Positions 36,290 to 44,724 of a DNA stretch of 64,000 bases are shown piece after piece. A program made the position numbers and the translations under genes. Position 1 is the first letter of the stretch, and every line of letters starts with the position of its first letter. The DNA is from Escherichia phage moha: sequence record MN850590.1; one strand, written 5' to 3'. The notes under the pieces are model-generated. The model saw nothing but the letters and a program-made list of their open reading frames with translations, was not told the origin of the DNA and ran no database searches.

Positions 36290-36634
36290 ATGAAAGGCAA
36301 TATTTATCTGGTAGTTCATGACTTAACGTTTTATTTTAACGAACGTGAAACAGTTATTTCCGACCGGTTGATTAATTCGTTATATCAACACGCTGATTAC
36401 GTTTATTTCCAAAATGAATTTGGCCATTGGAAGTTTCTTAAAAACCGTTCAGGGTTAACTAGTTTTGAATACTTTGACCGTAAAGACCTTTTAAACGAAA
36501 TTCCATTACAACATCGGTTCCAGAAACGCGAATCACTATACTATTGTCGTCATATACCAAATGCTGAATGTGTTAATGAAGCGATTAATCTATGGCGGCG
36601 GCGTCGAGAGCAAATTGATGATATGCCAAAATAA
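36290..36634 (+). CDS. hypothetical protein (114 aa)
   Basis: Start taken at the ATG after GAGGAAAA, downstream of tRNA-Arg; the ORF track start (36242) overlaps the tRNA. Confidence 0.5.
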   Translation: MKGNIYLVVHDLTFYFNERETVISDRLINSLYQHADYVYFQNEFGHWKFLKNRSGLTSFEYFDRKDLLNEIPLQHRFQKRESLYYCRHIPNAECVNEAINLWRRRREQIDDMPK

Positions 36635-36639
36635 GAAGC

Positions 36640-36944
36640 CGGGTCGCTACCGGCAAGTCGTCGGACTGATGTTCCCTGAGTAAGGACTGGTCTTAATAAA
36701 TCTTTACGATTTGTTAATATCCCCTTACATCACAGCAGAAACGGCGCACCGAATTATCGATTCGAGGAAATATCTTTGCCGTAAGCCGAGTAGCGTTTTT
36801 GACGGAACGTTCGGATATGGTCGAGATATGGCCTTTTAAAAATATTGAGTAGCGTCAACTGCTTAATAACCGGGTTCGAATCCCGGCGTTTCGTACAAAC
36901 ACTTGCCTTAGCAGGTGGAACCCCGACAAGGTTGCCGCAAGGCT
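36640..36944 (+). ncRNA. candidate structured stable RNA region
   Basis: About 300 nt with no credible ORF, containing several hairpins and a canonical tRNA T-arm motif (CCGGG-TTCGAAT-CCCGG at 36870-36886), ending at a strong terminator. Confidence 0.25.
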
Positions 36945-36978
36945 TAGCCCCTTCCGAAAGGTCGGGGCTTTTTGGCAT
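36945..36978 (+). terminator. rho-independent terminator (34-nt sequence repeated exactly at 52157)
   Basis: TAGCCCCTTCCGAAAGGTCGGGGCTTTTTGGCAT: GC-rich stem, GAAA loop, T5 tract. Confidence 0.8.
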
Positions 36979-37018
36979 AATAATAAATAGATAAGTTAAT
37001 TAACTTAGGAAAAGCAAC

Positions 37019-37483
37019 ATGAAATCATACGCTGAATTTTTGACTGAACAATCTAGTTCAGATGTAAAAGCCGCTGCGATTGCAGCAATTCAAGCAGGTA
37101 AATATTCTTACAAAGACGCCTCTGATGAAGAACGTTTCCGTTTTATTAGAGATTTTAAAGCCGAAGGTTTTACTAATGCTAATACTGTTAGCCGAGTTTT
37201 TAAAAGCCTAGCTGCATCAGGTGAATTGTTCCAGAAAGCTACAGGTAAAGCACCTGCGCCAAAAACAGACCCTAAAGCAGCTCAAGAAAAAAATATCGCC
37301 AAAGGAATTATTTCTAAGTATGAAGCAATTCTTAAAGAGCTTTTAGTAATCAAAACAGAAGGCCAGAAACTGGCACGAGCACATAGCTTCAAAGATAATC
37401 CTCACGCTCATAGCCTTGAGTATGTTGAAGATATCCAAAAACTTATTAAAGACCGTATCTGGTCTGCTAAACAAATTAAATAA
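37019..37483 (+). CDS. internal-protein-like protein with capsid-targeting leader (154 aa)
   Basis: N-terminus MKSYAEFLTE resembles the MKTYQEFIAE leader; followed by a terminator. Confidence 0.6.
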   Translation: MKSYAEFLTEQSSSDVKAAAIAAIQAGKYSYKDASDEERFRFIRDFKAEGFTNANTVSRVFKSLAASGELFQKATGKAPAPKTDPKAAQEKNIAKGIISKYEAILKELLVIKTEGQKLARAHSFKDNPHAHSLEYVEDIQKLIKDRIWSAKQIK

Positions 37484-37489
37484 TAGAAT

Positions 37490-37518
37490 GCCCCTTCCTT
37501 ATGGTTGGGGCCTTTTGG
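37490..37518 (+). terminator. rho-independent terminator
   Basis: GCCCC...GGGGC stem followed by CTTTTGG. Confidence 0.6.
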
Positions 37519-37549
37519 TATCTAGGGCATAAAAATATTTCATAAAGAT

Positions 37550-37578
37550 GTTTACTTCTTCTAAGGACATGATACTAT
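37550..37578 (+). promoter_or_regulatory. early-type promoter
   Basis: GTTTAC, spacer, TG-a-TACTAT, then the TAGACTTATCAA leader and AGAGGA Shine-Dalgarno. Confidence 0.6.
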
Positions 37579-37606
37579 AGACTTATCAACCATAGAGGAA
37601 AATGTT

Positions 37607-38110
37607 ATGAGTCTTTACACTGAACTGAATAAAAAATCTGAAGAATCTGCTGAAACTATTTTTAAAAACGTGCAAAAGCGTATTTTGGAAAAGATGTATG
37701 ATGCAGCATCTAAAGGTGAAAAATCTTGCCGGTTTCCGATGAGGTGTTCTTCTGATTTATGCGCAAATACTATTGAATGGCTGGAAAGTGAAGGTCTTAC
37801 GGTAGAGAAAAACCCGGCGACTTCTATTGACGGCGAATCATATATTAGTATTTCTTGGGATAAATCAAGGGTAGAAGAGAAAGATGGTGATTGGGTTGTA
37901 GATGTTAAAACTTCTGATGGTGGACGTTCTGTTGAAGTTTCGGCTGTAGTTAAAGGTACCCACGAACAAAGGACTTGGGGTTGGGGTGGTGAAGAAAAAG
38001 AAATTGTTCTTAGTGTGATTGCCAGGTCAACTAGTAATAAAATTGCACAAAGCATCATTGACGCTGCAATTGCTGAAGCAGAAAAAATTTGCAAAATTAA
38101 AAATAAATGA
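37607..38110 (+). CDS. hypothetical protein (167 aa)
   Basis: ORF with promoter and Shine-Dalgarno; preferred over the overlapping antisense ORF. Confidence 0.6.
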   Translation: MSLYTELNKKSEESAETIFKNVQKRILEKMYDAASKGEKSCRFPMRCSSDLCANTIEWLESEGLTVEKNPATSIDGESYISISWDKSRVEEKDGDWVVDVKTSDGGRSVEVSAVVKGTHEQRTWGWGGEEKEIVLSVIARSTSNKIAQSIIDAAIAEAEKICKIKNK

Positions 38111-38169
38111 TGTACAAACGCCAAGGATGGTGGTACTATAGACTTATCAACTACAGAGGAGTAAACAAA

Positions 38170-38334
38170 ATGACTACTTTAATTATTTGGTTCGATGAAA
38201 ATGAAGAAACATACTGTGTGAATATTGGTGAAAGTCCAATGCCTGAATTTGAATCCTCGGATAAAAACTCTGTTGTATCTTGGGCTGAAGGTTATAAAGC
38301 AGCTAAAGGTGACGTTGAAATAATTTACATCTAA
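38170..38334 (+). CDS. hypothetical small protein (54 aa)
   Basis: ATG after CAGAGGAGTAAACAAA, the same leader as at 1840-1862. Confidence 0.5.
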   Translation: MTTLIIWFDENEETYCVNIGESPMPEFESSDKNSVVSWAEGYKAAKGDVEIIYI

Positions 38335-38380
38335 GTAAGTTTATGTTATAGTAGTCCTATCAAATCAAGAGGAAAACAAA

Positions 38381-38608
38381 ATGGCTAAAGTTAGTATTGA
38401 TGTCGTTGATTATGAATACACAGAAGAAGTTATTCGCAACCGCCACCCTGAAGTTCGTATCGATTCAGTCCAAGATTCCAAGTTCTGGACAACTGAGCTT
38501 AATCTGAGTGGTCCTTATGAAGCTGTTAAGAAGTTCATGGTTGAAGAATACTGCGAAGGCATGCACCCCGAAGACGCCAAGTTTTATGTCAATTTGATTA
38601 AAAAATAA
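38381..38608 (+). CDS. hypothetical protein (75 aa)
   Basis: ORF downstream of a truncated PeSL copy (right arm TAGTCCTATC at 38352-38361) with an AGAGGAAAA Shine-Dalgarno. Confidence 0.55.
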   Translation: MAKVSIDVVDYEYTEEVIRNRHPEVRIDSVQDSKFWTTELNLSGPYEAVKKFMVEEYCEGMHPEDAKFYVNLIKK

Positions 38609-38640
38609 TTTACAAACTCTTGAGAGCAGAGTATAATGCT
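38609..38640 (+). promoter_or_regulatory. sigma70-type promoter with the -10 inside an inverted repeat
   Basis: TTTACA, 17-bp spacer, TATAAT, with GAGAGCA / TGCTCTC arms flanking the -10. Confidence 0.6.
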
Positions 38641-38678
38641 CTCGTTGGATAATAAACCACCAATTGAAAGGTAATAAT

Positions 38679-39272
38679 ATGAACACACTGAAGAAACTTG
38701 TTGAATTCATCCGCACTAAACTTGGTACTGCTATGGCTAAAAATCTGACTGTCGAAGAACAGTATAACGCAGCTGCAGATAAGTTGATTACCCAAATCAA
38801 AGAACTAAAAACGGCTTCTGTTAAATCTATTAATGAAGAAAAACGTATTCGCGAACTTGTTAATGAAAAGAACAAGCAAGCCGCTTCTAAGGAACGTGAA
38901 ATTCGTAAGCTCCTGGCTGAAGGACAAGATGTTACCATGCATGCTAAGCTTGGTCTTCTGTATCGTCGAACTGCCGAACAACTTAATACAAAAGCTGACG
39001 GGTATGCCGCTATGCGAATTGAAATTGCTCGTAAGGTGGTTGAACTTGATGATGCTCGTCAGAATCTGGCAATCAAACTCGAATACATTCGTGAAACTCG
39101 AGCAGCCAATGCCCTTGGTATCTCTACGGCCGATGATGTAATTGAAATAGCTGCACTGACTAAGGTTGATATCGAAGACACTCTGACTCGTGTTGAAACG
39201 TTCAATGGCACTCCAGCCGGCGTCGAAACCACTTCTGCTGATGTACAAGAATATATTAACTCTTTGAAATAA
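38679..39272 (+). CDS. coiled-coil protein, possibly PspA/IM30-like (197 aa)
   Basis: Long heptad-rich helical sequence with an amphipathic N-terminus; assignment is by eye only. Confidence 0.4.
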   Translation: MNTLKKLVEFIRTKLGTAMAKNLTVEEQYNAAADKLITQIKELKTASVKSINEEKRIRELVNEKNKQAASKEREIRKLLAEGQDVTMHAKLGLLYRRTAEQLNTKADGYAAMRIEIARKVVELDDARQNLAIKLEYIRETRAANALGISTADDVIEIAALTKVDIEDTLTRVETFNGTPAGVETTSADVQEYINSLK

Positions 39273-39280
39273 AATAATAC

Positions 39281-39302
39281 GGAGGACTCCGGTCCTCCTT
39301 TT
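39281..39302 (+). terminator. rho-independent terminator
   Basis: GGAGGAC-tccg-GTCCTCC followed by TTTT. Confidence 0.7.
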
Positions 39303-39321
39303 GGATAATAAAGGAGTTAAC

Positions 39322-39924
39322 ATGCGAAACCAAAATAATGATATTGACTCAATGTTCGAAGAGTTCCGAGATAAGGTAAATCCACCTACGTCTTTAGTTG
39401 ATTCATTACGATATGTTGCAACCGGACGTAAATGGTACTGGTCGTCTTCTTATGAGACCACCGAGAAAACGGCTAGCCATAGCAGAAAATCTTTATTAGC
39501 CCCAGGTATTATGATTCATGATATCGGAGCTATTGCTAAACTAGTTGCAGACCATGATATTAGATTCACCGATTTCGTTGCTCCTACATGGTCTGTTTGT
39601 TGTTTAAACACTGAATGGGAATATATCAGCGAACGCTCTAAAGATTATTATGGTTTTAGAGATAAGCTTCTGAGGTCTAATATGTTTTATATCGATACAG
39701 AAGTTCTAGTCGATAATAAAAAATATTACTTTACGTTAATCATCGATTCTGAAACTATGTATGAAGGCAAGCCTTTGCTTAAAAGAGTTGATGCTTTAAG
39801 TGCTATTGATGCGCTTTATGAAACTATGGTTGTTAGTCCTAATTTCACTAACAATTTAATCCTTGAGCAATTTATTATGGAATGTAGAGAATATGTCAAA
39901 GCCAACCCTATACATGCCAAGTAA
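39322..39924 (+). CDS. hypothetical protein (200 aa)
   Basis: ATG after an AAGGAG Shine-Dalgarno. Confidence 0.55.
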   Translation: MRNQNNDIDSMFEEFRDKVNPPTSLVDSLRYVATGRKWYWSSSYETTEKTASHSRKSLLAPGIMIHDIGAIAKLVADHDIRFTDFVAPTWSVCCLNTEWEYISERSKDYYGFRDKLLRSNMFYIDTEVLVDNKKYYFTLIIDSETMYEGKPLLKRVDALSAIDALYETMVVSPNFTNNLILEQFIMECREYVKANPIHAK

Positions 39925-40285
39925 GCCCTGGGCGTATGAATACAAGCGTAAATTAATCCCAAATGAAGTACTATTTGGCCCTATTTTAGCTTTAGCATTT
40001 TTAATCTTTATGATTATAGGAGCTGTTTTAGATTCTAGTGAAGTTATATCGTCTGATGCAGTGTTTTTACTTATTATAGCCGGGTCGTTTATTGTGCCAT
40101 TTTTATTAATGCCTATTAACTGGGTGGGATATTGGTACCAAGGACGTCATTATAGAGCTCGAGTACGCGAATGGAAAATTCAATGTGCAAAAGCTCAAGC
40201 TCAGTATGATGAAGCTGTTAAAAAGTATGAATATGAAGAAGCTATGGAATTCGTTAAGGAAATAAGATGCAAAAGCCTGAACTGA
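39893..40285 (+). CDS. hypothetical membrane protein; start uncertain
   Basis: ORF with two hydrophobic segments; candidate starts at 39863, 39893 and 39914. Confidence 0.4.
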   Translation: MSKPTLYMPSKPWAYEYKRKLIPNEVLFGPILALAFLIFMIIGAVLDSSEVISSDAVFLLIIAGSFIVPFLLMPINWVGYWYQGRHYRARVREWKIQCAKAQAQYDEAVKKYEYEEAMEFVKEIRCKSLN

Positions 40286-40383
40286 ATTTATGCTGTTTAC
40301 GCTTCTCAAATGATTAGTTATAATGAACTCCTAGCTAGACGTGAAAATGAAACAATCGAAAACTTTATTAAGGAATGTAGAAA

Positions 40384-40689
40384 ATGAGTAAGATTATTGA
40401 AATTAAAGTACCAGAGTTTAATGATGCCAAATCCGCTTCAGATGCAATTTATAAACTTCTGAATCAAGCTGAACGTATCGAAGAAGAAGCAACAAAGATC
40501 GCAGACCAATATGCCGTATCATTTTCTGTAGGTGATTATGGTAGCGGTCGTACTTATTATCCTAAGGGTGAAATCGTATCCCAGTGGATGAAAAATGAAA
40601 TTGAAAATAACGGTGGCGATGTTAAGCGTGAAGGTAATGGTTACATTATTACTGAAGGTGCTTGGGTTTCGTCTTCTGCGTTGTGTTAA
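40384..40689 (+). CDS. small protein, paralog family member 1 (C-terminal GAWVSSSALC)
   Basis: 101-aa ORF; shares a C-terminal W-V-S/A-S-S-x-x-C motif with the next two ORFs. Confidence 0.55.
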   Translation: MSKIIEIKVPEFNDAKSASDAIYKLLNQAERIEEEATKIADQYAVSFSVGDYGSGRTYYPKGEIVSQWMKNEIENNGGDVKREGNGYIITEGAWVSSSALC

Positions 40690-40698
40690 GGAATCATT

Positions 40699-40971
40699 AT
40701 GTCTAAAGAACAAACCGAACTGGCTGAAGCTGTAGCAAAAATCTATGCAGCTATTGAGGCTGCCAAAGAAATTGCTGATAAACAAAACACAACATTCAAC
40801 TTGTACCCAGCTTATGGTATGGGTGGAACCTATCATTCACCCGGACATCTTAAAGCCGATCTTGAACGTTGTACAAAAAACGGCTATGCTGAATGGGCTG
40901 ACGTTTACCAATACGACTACAACCTGAGCCTCGAAACTGGTGGTTGGGTCGCATCTTCTCACACTTGCTAA
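40699..40971 (+). CDS. small protein, paralog family member 2 (C-terminal GGWVASSHTC)
   Basis: 90-aa ORF in tandem with the previous one. Confidence 0.55.
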   Translation: MSKEQTELAEAVAKIYAAIEAAKEIADKQNTTFNLYPAYGMGGTYHSPGHLKADLERCTKNGYAEWADVYQYDYNLSLETGGWVASSHTC

Positions 40972-40980
40972 GGAAACAAT

Positions 40981-41178
40981 ATGTCTCGTGAATTAGATTG
41001 TGCTGTACGTACGGCAGTAGCTGCCCTGGAAAACCTGTTCCAAATTGCAACAGAAGAACGCGAAGAAGTTACATTATGGATTGAAGATAACGCAGGTCTG
41101 AATCTCCAGGACGCGATCTCATTATCCCACAATAGTATCACTGTTCAAGGCTGGGTATCATCTAGTTATTCTTGCTAA
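40981..41178 (+). CDS. small protein, paralog family member 3 (C-terminal QGWVSSSYSC)
   Basis: 65-aa ORF in tandem with the previous two. Confidence 0.55.
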   Translation: MSRELDCAVRTAVAALENLFQIATEEREEVTLWIEDNAGLNLQDAISLSHNSITVQGWVSSSYSC

Positions 41179-41182
41179 AACA

Positions 41183-41221
41183 GTTTACAACAAGATAGGG
41201 CTATGTTATAGTAGTCCTATC
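41183..41221 (+). promoter_or_regulatory. PeSL-type cassette, copy 2
   Basis: GTTTAC, then GATAGGGCTA-tgttatag-TAGTCCTATC (one mismatch in the left arm). Confidence 0.6.
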
Positions 41222-41240
41222 AAAACAAATGGAGTCCACA

Positions 41241-41480
41241 ATGATTTATTACGAAAGTATCGGAACCAAAGTGGTTGGTAAAACCATTACTCGTGAAAAG
41301 TTTGCAAAGATATTCGATATGCGTTATAAAAAATCTGAACACAAAGGCATCCGATTCGAAGATGCGCACTGTACAATTTGCCCTTATAATGAAGACATAA
41401 ACGGTACAATCGTTCCATTGGTAGAGGCTTCACATGATGACCTCTGGGATGAATATAATATCGCATGTCGTGAAATTTAA
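41241..41480 (+). CDS. hypothetical protein (79 aa)
   Basis: Start taken at the ATG after the GGAG in the leader; the ORF track start (41229) lies inside the Shine-Dalgarno. Confidence 0.5.
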   Translation: MIYYESIGTKVVGKTITREKFAKIFDMRYKKSEHKGIRFEDAHCTICPYNEDINGTIVPLVEASHDDLWDEYNIACREI

Positions 41481-41508
41481 GTTAATGAATTAATCCGAGG
41501 AAAATATT

Positions 41509-42465
41509 ATGATGTTAGTTATTGGTTCTCGTGCACTTCACTATCACGGTCTTATTGATTCTAGCGCTATTAAAAATAGTGATTGGGACTTTATTGCGGA
41601 CCAATGTTCTTGGAATGCATTCAAAAATCAAATGATGGGTGTATATGTTCACCAAGATAACCCTGATGTCCAAGTTTTCAAATGCTTCCATAATGGACGC
41701 GAAACTCATTTTGAAGCATATATTGTTCCGGCAATCACTAATGTCCGTGAATTAGTCGGTGAACTCACTCCTGAAGATTTCACGTCTTCTTATGACCTTT
41801 TAAAATACGCCAAGAAAAATTTGACTAAAGACCGTTTGAACGGGTTTTACTGGGCAACTCCTGAGATATGTCTTGCAATTAAGATGTCTCATCGTTTCAA
41901 GAAAAATAATCCATTCTTTTTAAAGACTATGAACCATATTCAGTATCTTCGTGGTAAAGGTGTTACACTGAACGATGAACTTACTGAAATTATGCTGAAA
42001 CGCCAGAAAGAAACCTTGAACTATGCTCACCCAGTTCTTGACACTTCTAAAAGTGCGTTCTTTAAAGATGACATCTATACATATGACCATGATACTATTC
42101 ATGAAGCCATTGCACTAACAGACCGTCCGGCGTATACATTTTATATGAAAGATGGTTCTGAAGTCATGACCTCACGCGAGAAGTTCGAATCGTTACCAGA
42201 AATGGTCAAATTGGCCGGCGTATACGAAGAATCATGTGTACTAGCATTAGAACGTTCTCAAATTCCTAATGACTTTAAAATTAACCCTGAAGCCAGTTTT
42301 ATGATGGCATTGGAAAAAGTCTGTACAAGCATCACCTCTGGTTGGTTCCGTGAGTACGCATACGAGAACTATTATGAAGTAGTGGCTATGTATCATAAGC
42401 TCGGCAAAAATGATTACATCAAACGGTTTAAAGAAAATTTTCATATGGTAAAACCTTTCAAATAA
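41509..42465 (+). CDS. hypothetical protein (318 aa)
   Basis: Long ORF; N-terminus IGSRALHYHG...SDWDF loosely resembles a nucleotidyltransferase GS...DxD motif. Confidence 0.55.
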   Translation: MMLVIGSRALHYHGLIDSSAIKNSDWDFIADQCSWNAFKNQMMGVYVHQDNPDVQVFKCFHNGRETHFEAYIVPAITNVRELVGELTPEDFTSSYDLLKYAKKNLTKDRLNGFYWATPEICLAIKMSHRFKKNNPFFLKTMNHIQYLRGKGVTLNDELTEIMLKRQKETLNYAHPVLDTSKSAFFKDDIYTYDHDTIHEAIALTDRPAYTFYMKDGSEVMTSREKFESLPEMVKLAGVYEESCVLALERSQIPNDFKINPEASFMMALEKVCTSITSGWFREYAYENYYEVVAMYHKLGKNDYIKRFKENFHMVKPFK

Positions 42466-42477
42466 TTTCGCAAAACT

Positions 42478-42515
42478 GTTTACACAATTATAGGACTATG
42501 TTACAGTAGTCCTAT
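42478..42515 (+). promoter_or_regulatory. PeSL-type cassette, copy 3
   Basis: GTTTAC, then ATAGGACTA-tgttacag-TAGTCCTAT; both arms are complementary to each other. Confidence 0.6.
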
Positions 42516-42536
42516 TAAAAACATGAGGAGAATATT

Positions 42537-42842
42537 ATGAAATTAACAGACACCAATCGAATCGGTCTTTTAACAATATTTGCATCACCTTTTTACGCAG
42601 CCCTTTCTGTTGCAGTATTACAAAAGGCTTACGATATGGATGGTGTTCCTGGTTTTGTATTCTTATCGCCGTTTTTGCTATTCGTTGGAGCTTTGTTATT
42701 ATATGCCACGACTAGTTTCGACCATAATGTCTGGGTCAATTATAAACGTAAATTGACCGAAGAAGAACACGCAGAAGCTCGTAAAAAAGCTATTGAATCT
42801 ACCAATCTAGAAAATTTCATTAAAGAATGTCGAGGAAAATAA
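42537..42842 (+). CDS. hypothetical membrane protein (101 aa)
   Basis: Two hydrophobic segments; GAGGAG Shine-Dalgarno. Confidence 0.55.
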   Translation: MKLTDTNRIGLLTIFASPFYAALSVAVLQKAYDMDGVPGFVFLSPFLLFVGALLLYATTSFDHNVWVNYKRKLTEEEHAEARKKAIESTNLENFIKECRGK

Positions 42843-42843
42843 T

Positions 42844-43530
42844 ATGAATAGTTCTAAAGTGTTTAATAGTCAAGCTCGTGCAGTAGGTGGTTTTGCTCAT
42901 GCGATTAAAAATGACCAGATTAAAAACGAGCCTATGTTCTTTAATTGCGATTTGAATTTTGCTTTTGATAACGGCGGTCCAATTACTCGTAGCTTTATCC
43001 AAAATCTCCCTGACGATTGGAAAGACTCGGATGTAGTATTTGATTCACGAGTCCACATGCTGATGCCTGGTTGGTACCCTGCTATCCCAGGTTATCACCA
43101 TGACGATGTTCCACGTCCTGATATTCCAGTTGGTCAACACTTTATTACTGCAGGACAACCCGATTATGACAATCCTCGCTATTTGTCTGAACATATTCTT
43201 GGTCTTGTTAACGCTGATGTGTGTCCTACTCATTTTGCAACAGGAACTGCAGAGTTCAGTCAGATTCCTGATGGCGAACTTATCTATCGTCAGTGGCACA
43301 AAGAAGTCCTCGAAAAAATTGAAAAAGGTGAACTAGAGAAATGGGAAGCTCCAGATCGTACTCTTCTTCAGTTTGATTGGCAAACATGGCACACTGGTTC
43401 TCGTGCAATTAGTAACGGATGGCGTTGGTTCGGACGTGTATCTCGTAATACAGACCGAGTTAAAAAGATTACCAATGAAATTCGTGTCAACGCTCAAGTT
43501 TATCTAGAATTCCCTATGGAAGGCTGGTAA
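42844..43530 (+). CDS. hypothetical protein (228 aa)
   Basis: ORF tightly coupled to its neighbours. Confidence 0.55.
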   Translation: MNSSKVFNSQARAVGGFAHAIKNDQIKNEPMFFNCDLNFAFDNGGPITRSFIQNLPDDWKDSDVVFDSRVHMLMPGWYPAIPGYHHDDVPRPDIPVGQHFITAGQPDYDNPRYLSEHILGLVNADVCPTHFATGTAEFSQIPDGELIYRQWHKEVLEKIEKGELEKWEAPDRTLLQFDWQTWHTGSRAISNGWRWFGRVSRNTDRVKKITNEIRVNAQVYLEFPMEGW

Positions 43531-44009
43531 TGATTAACAATAATATAGACGATGGCGACGAAGGTATTTCATACTATTCAGTAGATTGGACAGGATGTCC
43601 ATCCTACTTAGTGAAACACCATTGTCAAGCATTTAAAATCGACAAACCAGCAGGTATTATCGTGAACAGATACATTAATGGATATCAACCTATCGATGAA
43701 GTAATACGAACAACCCAAGCTGAGCTTGAAAAGTTTTTCAATAAGTGTCAATGGATAACAGGATGGATTATATTTGTACCGTCAGTGTGGTTTTTTAGTA
43801 CTAAAGTAAGTGCCTTTGCTATACTAGATATTATCGCTATCTTATTAGCATCTACTATCGTAAGTATAATTGGCGGTATTATTGGTGGAGGTACTGTAGG
43901 CATCATTATTAATCTTGTTAAAAGTAGTTTACAGGAACGTAAAGACAAGATAAAGGCCAAGAATAATGAAGTTGAACGTTTTATTACCGAATGCAGGAAT
44001 TTGAGATGA
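43530..44009 (+). CDS. hypothetical membrane protein (159 aa)
   Basis: TAATG overlap with the upstream gene; Gly/Ile-rich transmembrane segments. Confidence 0.55.
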   Translation: MINNNIDDGDEGISYYSVDWTGCPSYLVKHHCQAFKIDKPAGIIVNRYINGYQPIDEVIRTTQAELEKFFNKCQWITGWIIFVPSVWFFSTKVSAFAILDIIAILLASTIVSIIGGIIGGGTVGIIINLVKSSLQERKDKIKAKNNEVERFITECRNLR

Positions 44010-44242
44010 GTATAGCAATTTACATTAAATCAGAATCATGTGATAGTTATCTGTACACATACGATAAAGATGTGTCAGAAGAAAAAATCAAAGACGACCT
44101 TAATATGGACCTTGATATGTTCTGTCCTATTGCAGATTACAAACTTGCGGTCTCTAATAGTGAAAGTCCATCTAAAGAAACGCGCATTGAAGAATTTATG
44201 TCCGAATTAATGGCCAAATCATGGAACCGAGATGATGAGTAA
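44006..44242 (+). CDS. hypothetical protein (about 78 aa)
   Basis: ATGA overlap with the upstream stop; the ORF track start at 43991 is the alternative. Confidence 0.4.
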   Translation: MSIAIYIKSESCDSYLYTYDKDVSEEKIKDDLNMDLDMFCPIADYKLAVSNSESPSKETRIEEFMSELMAKSWNRDDE

Positions 44243-44690
44243 GAAAAATAAAGTGAAAGAACTATCAGCCGGTATTATTTTCCTTACCGAAGATAAAGAA
44301 TTATTCATGGGGCGTGTAACTGGTTCTCGTCCTAAAGGTTCTTTAGCTCATCGGTGGGATATTCCTAAAGGACGTGTCGAGCCCGGTGAATCTCCTATTG
44401 AAGCCGCTATTCGTGAATGCGAAGAAGAAACTGGGTTTACACAATATGACCCTGCCTTCCTGAAAGACCTAGGTGAACATCATTACTCAGACAATAAGAA
44501 TATTCATCTGTTCCTATATACCATCCCTGTAGAGCACGAGCAATTCAGAAACAGTGTTTGTAATTCCTATCATACATTCCCAGACGGACGTCAGATTCCT
44601 GAATTTGATGCATTCGCTTTAATTAAACCTTCTCAATGGGAATATGTAATGGGCAAATCATTATATAAGGTGCTCACTACCCTCCTATAA
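44232..44690 (+). CDS. nudE: Nudix hydrolase
   Basis: 152-aa ORF with a Nudix box (GRVEPGESPIEAAIRECEEETG), directly upstream of e in this window. Confidence 0.85.
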   Translation: MMSKKNKVKELSAGIIFLTEDKELFMGRVTGSRPKGSLAHRWDIPKGRVEPGESPIEAAIRECEEETGFTQYDPAFLKDLGEHHYSDNKNIHLFLYTIPVEHEQFRNSVCNSYHTFPDGRQIPEFDAFALIKPSQWEYVMGKSLYKVLTTLL

Positions 44691-44724
44691 GTAATAAATA
44701 CCTCCTATAAACGTGGGAGGTATT

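Noticed and set aside
36290-36634. GIY-YIG homing endonuclease remnant next to the tRNAs (N-terminal KGNIY...FYF)
   Set aside because: The resemblance to GIY...YIG motifs is weak, the protein is only 114 aa, and the conserved Arg/Glu catalytic positions could not be aligned; treated as a hypothetical protein.
36803-36894. A third tRNA gene (about 92 nt, type II-like) ending at the TTCGAAT T-arm
   Set aside because: Acceptor and T-arms can be paired, but no anticodon stem-loop or D-arm could be folded by hand; retained only as part of the candidate structured RNA region.
36754-36978. 74-aa minus-strand ORF in the region next to the tRNAs
   Set aside because: No ribosome-binding site; it overlaps the T-arm-like motif and the terminator hairpin; the region is more plausibly non-coding RNA.
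37615-39323. Minus-strand ORFs of 169, 157 and 172 aa overlapping the plus-strand early genes
   Set aside because: The plus-strand genes have promoters and Shine-Dalgarno sequences; the minus-strand frames have none and have antisense-type compositions.
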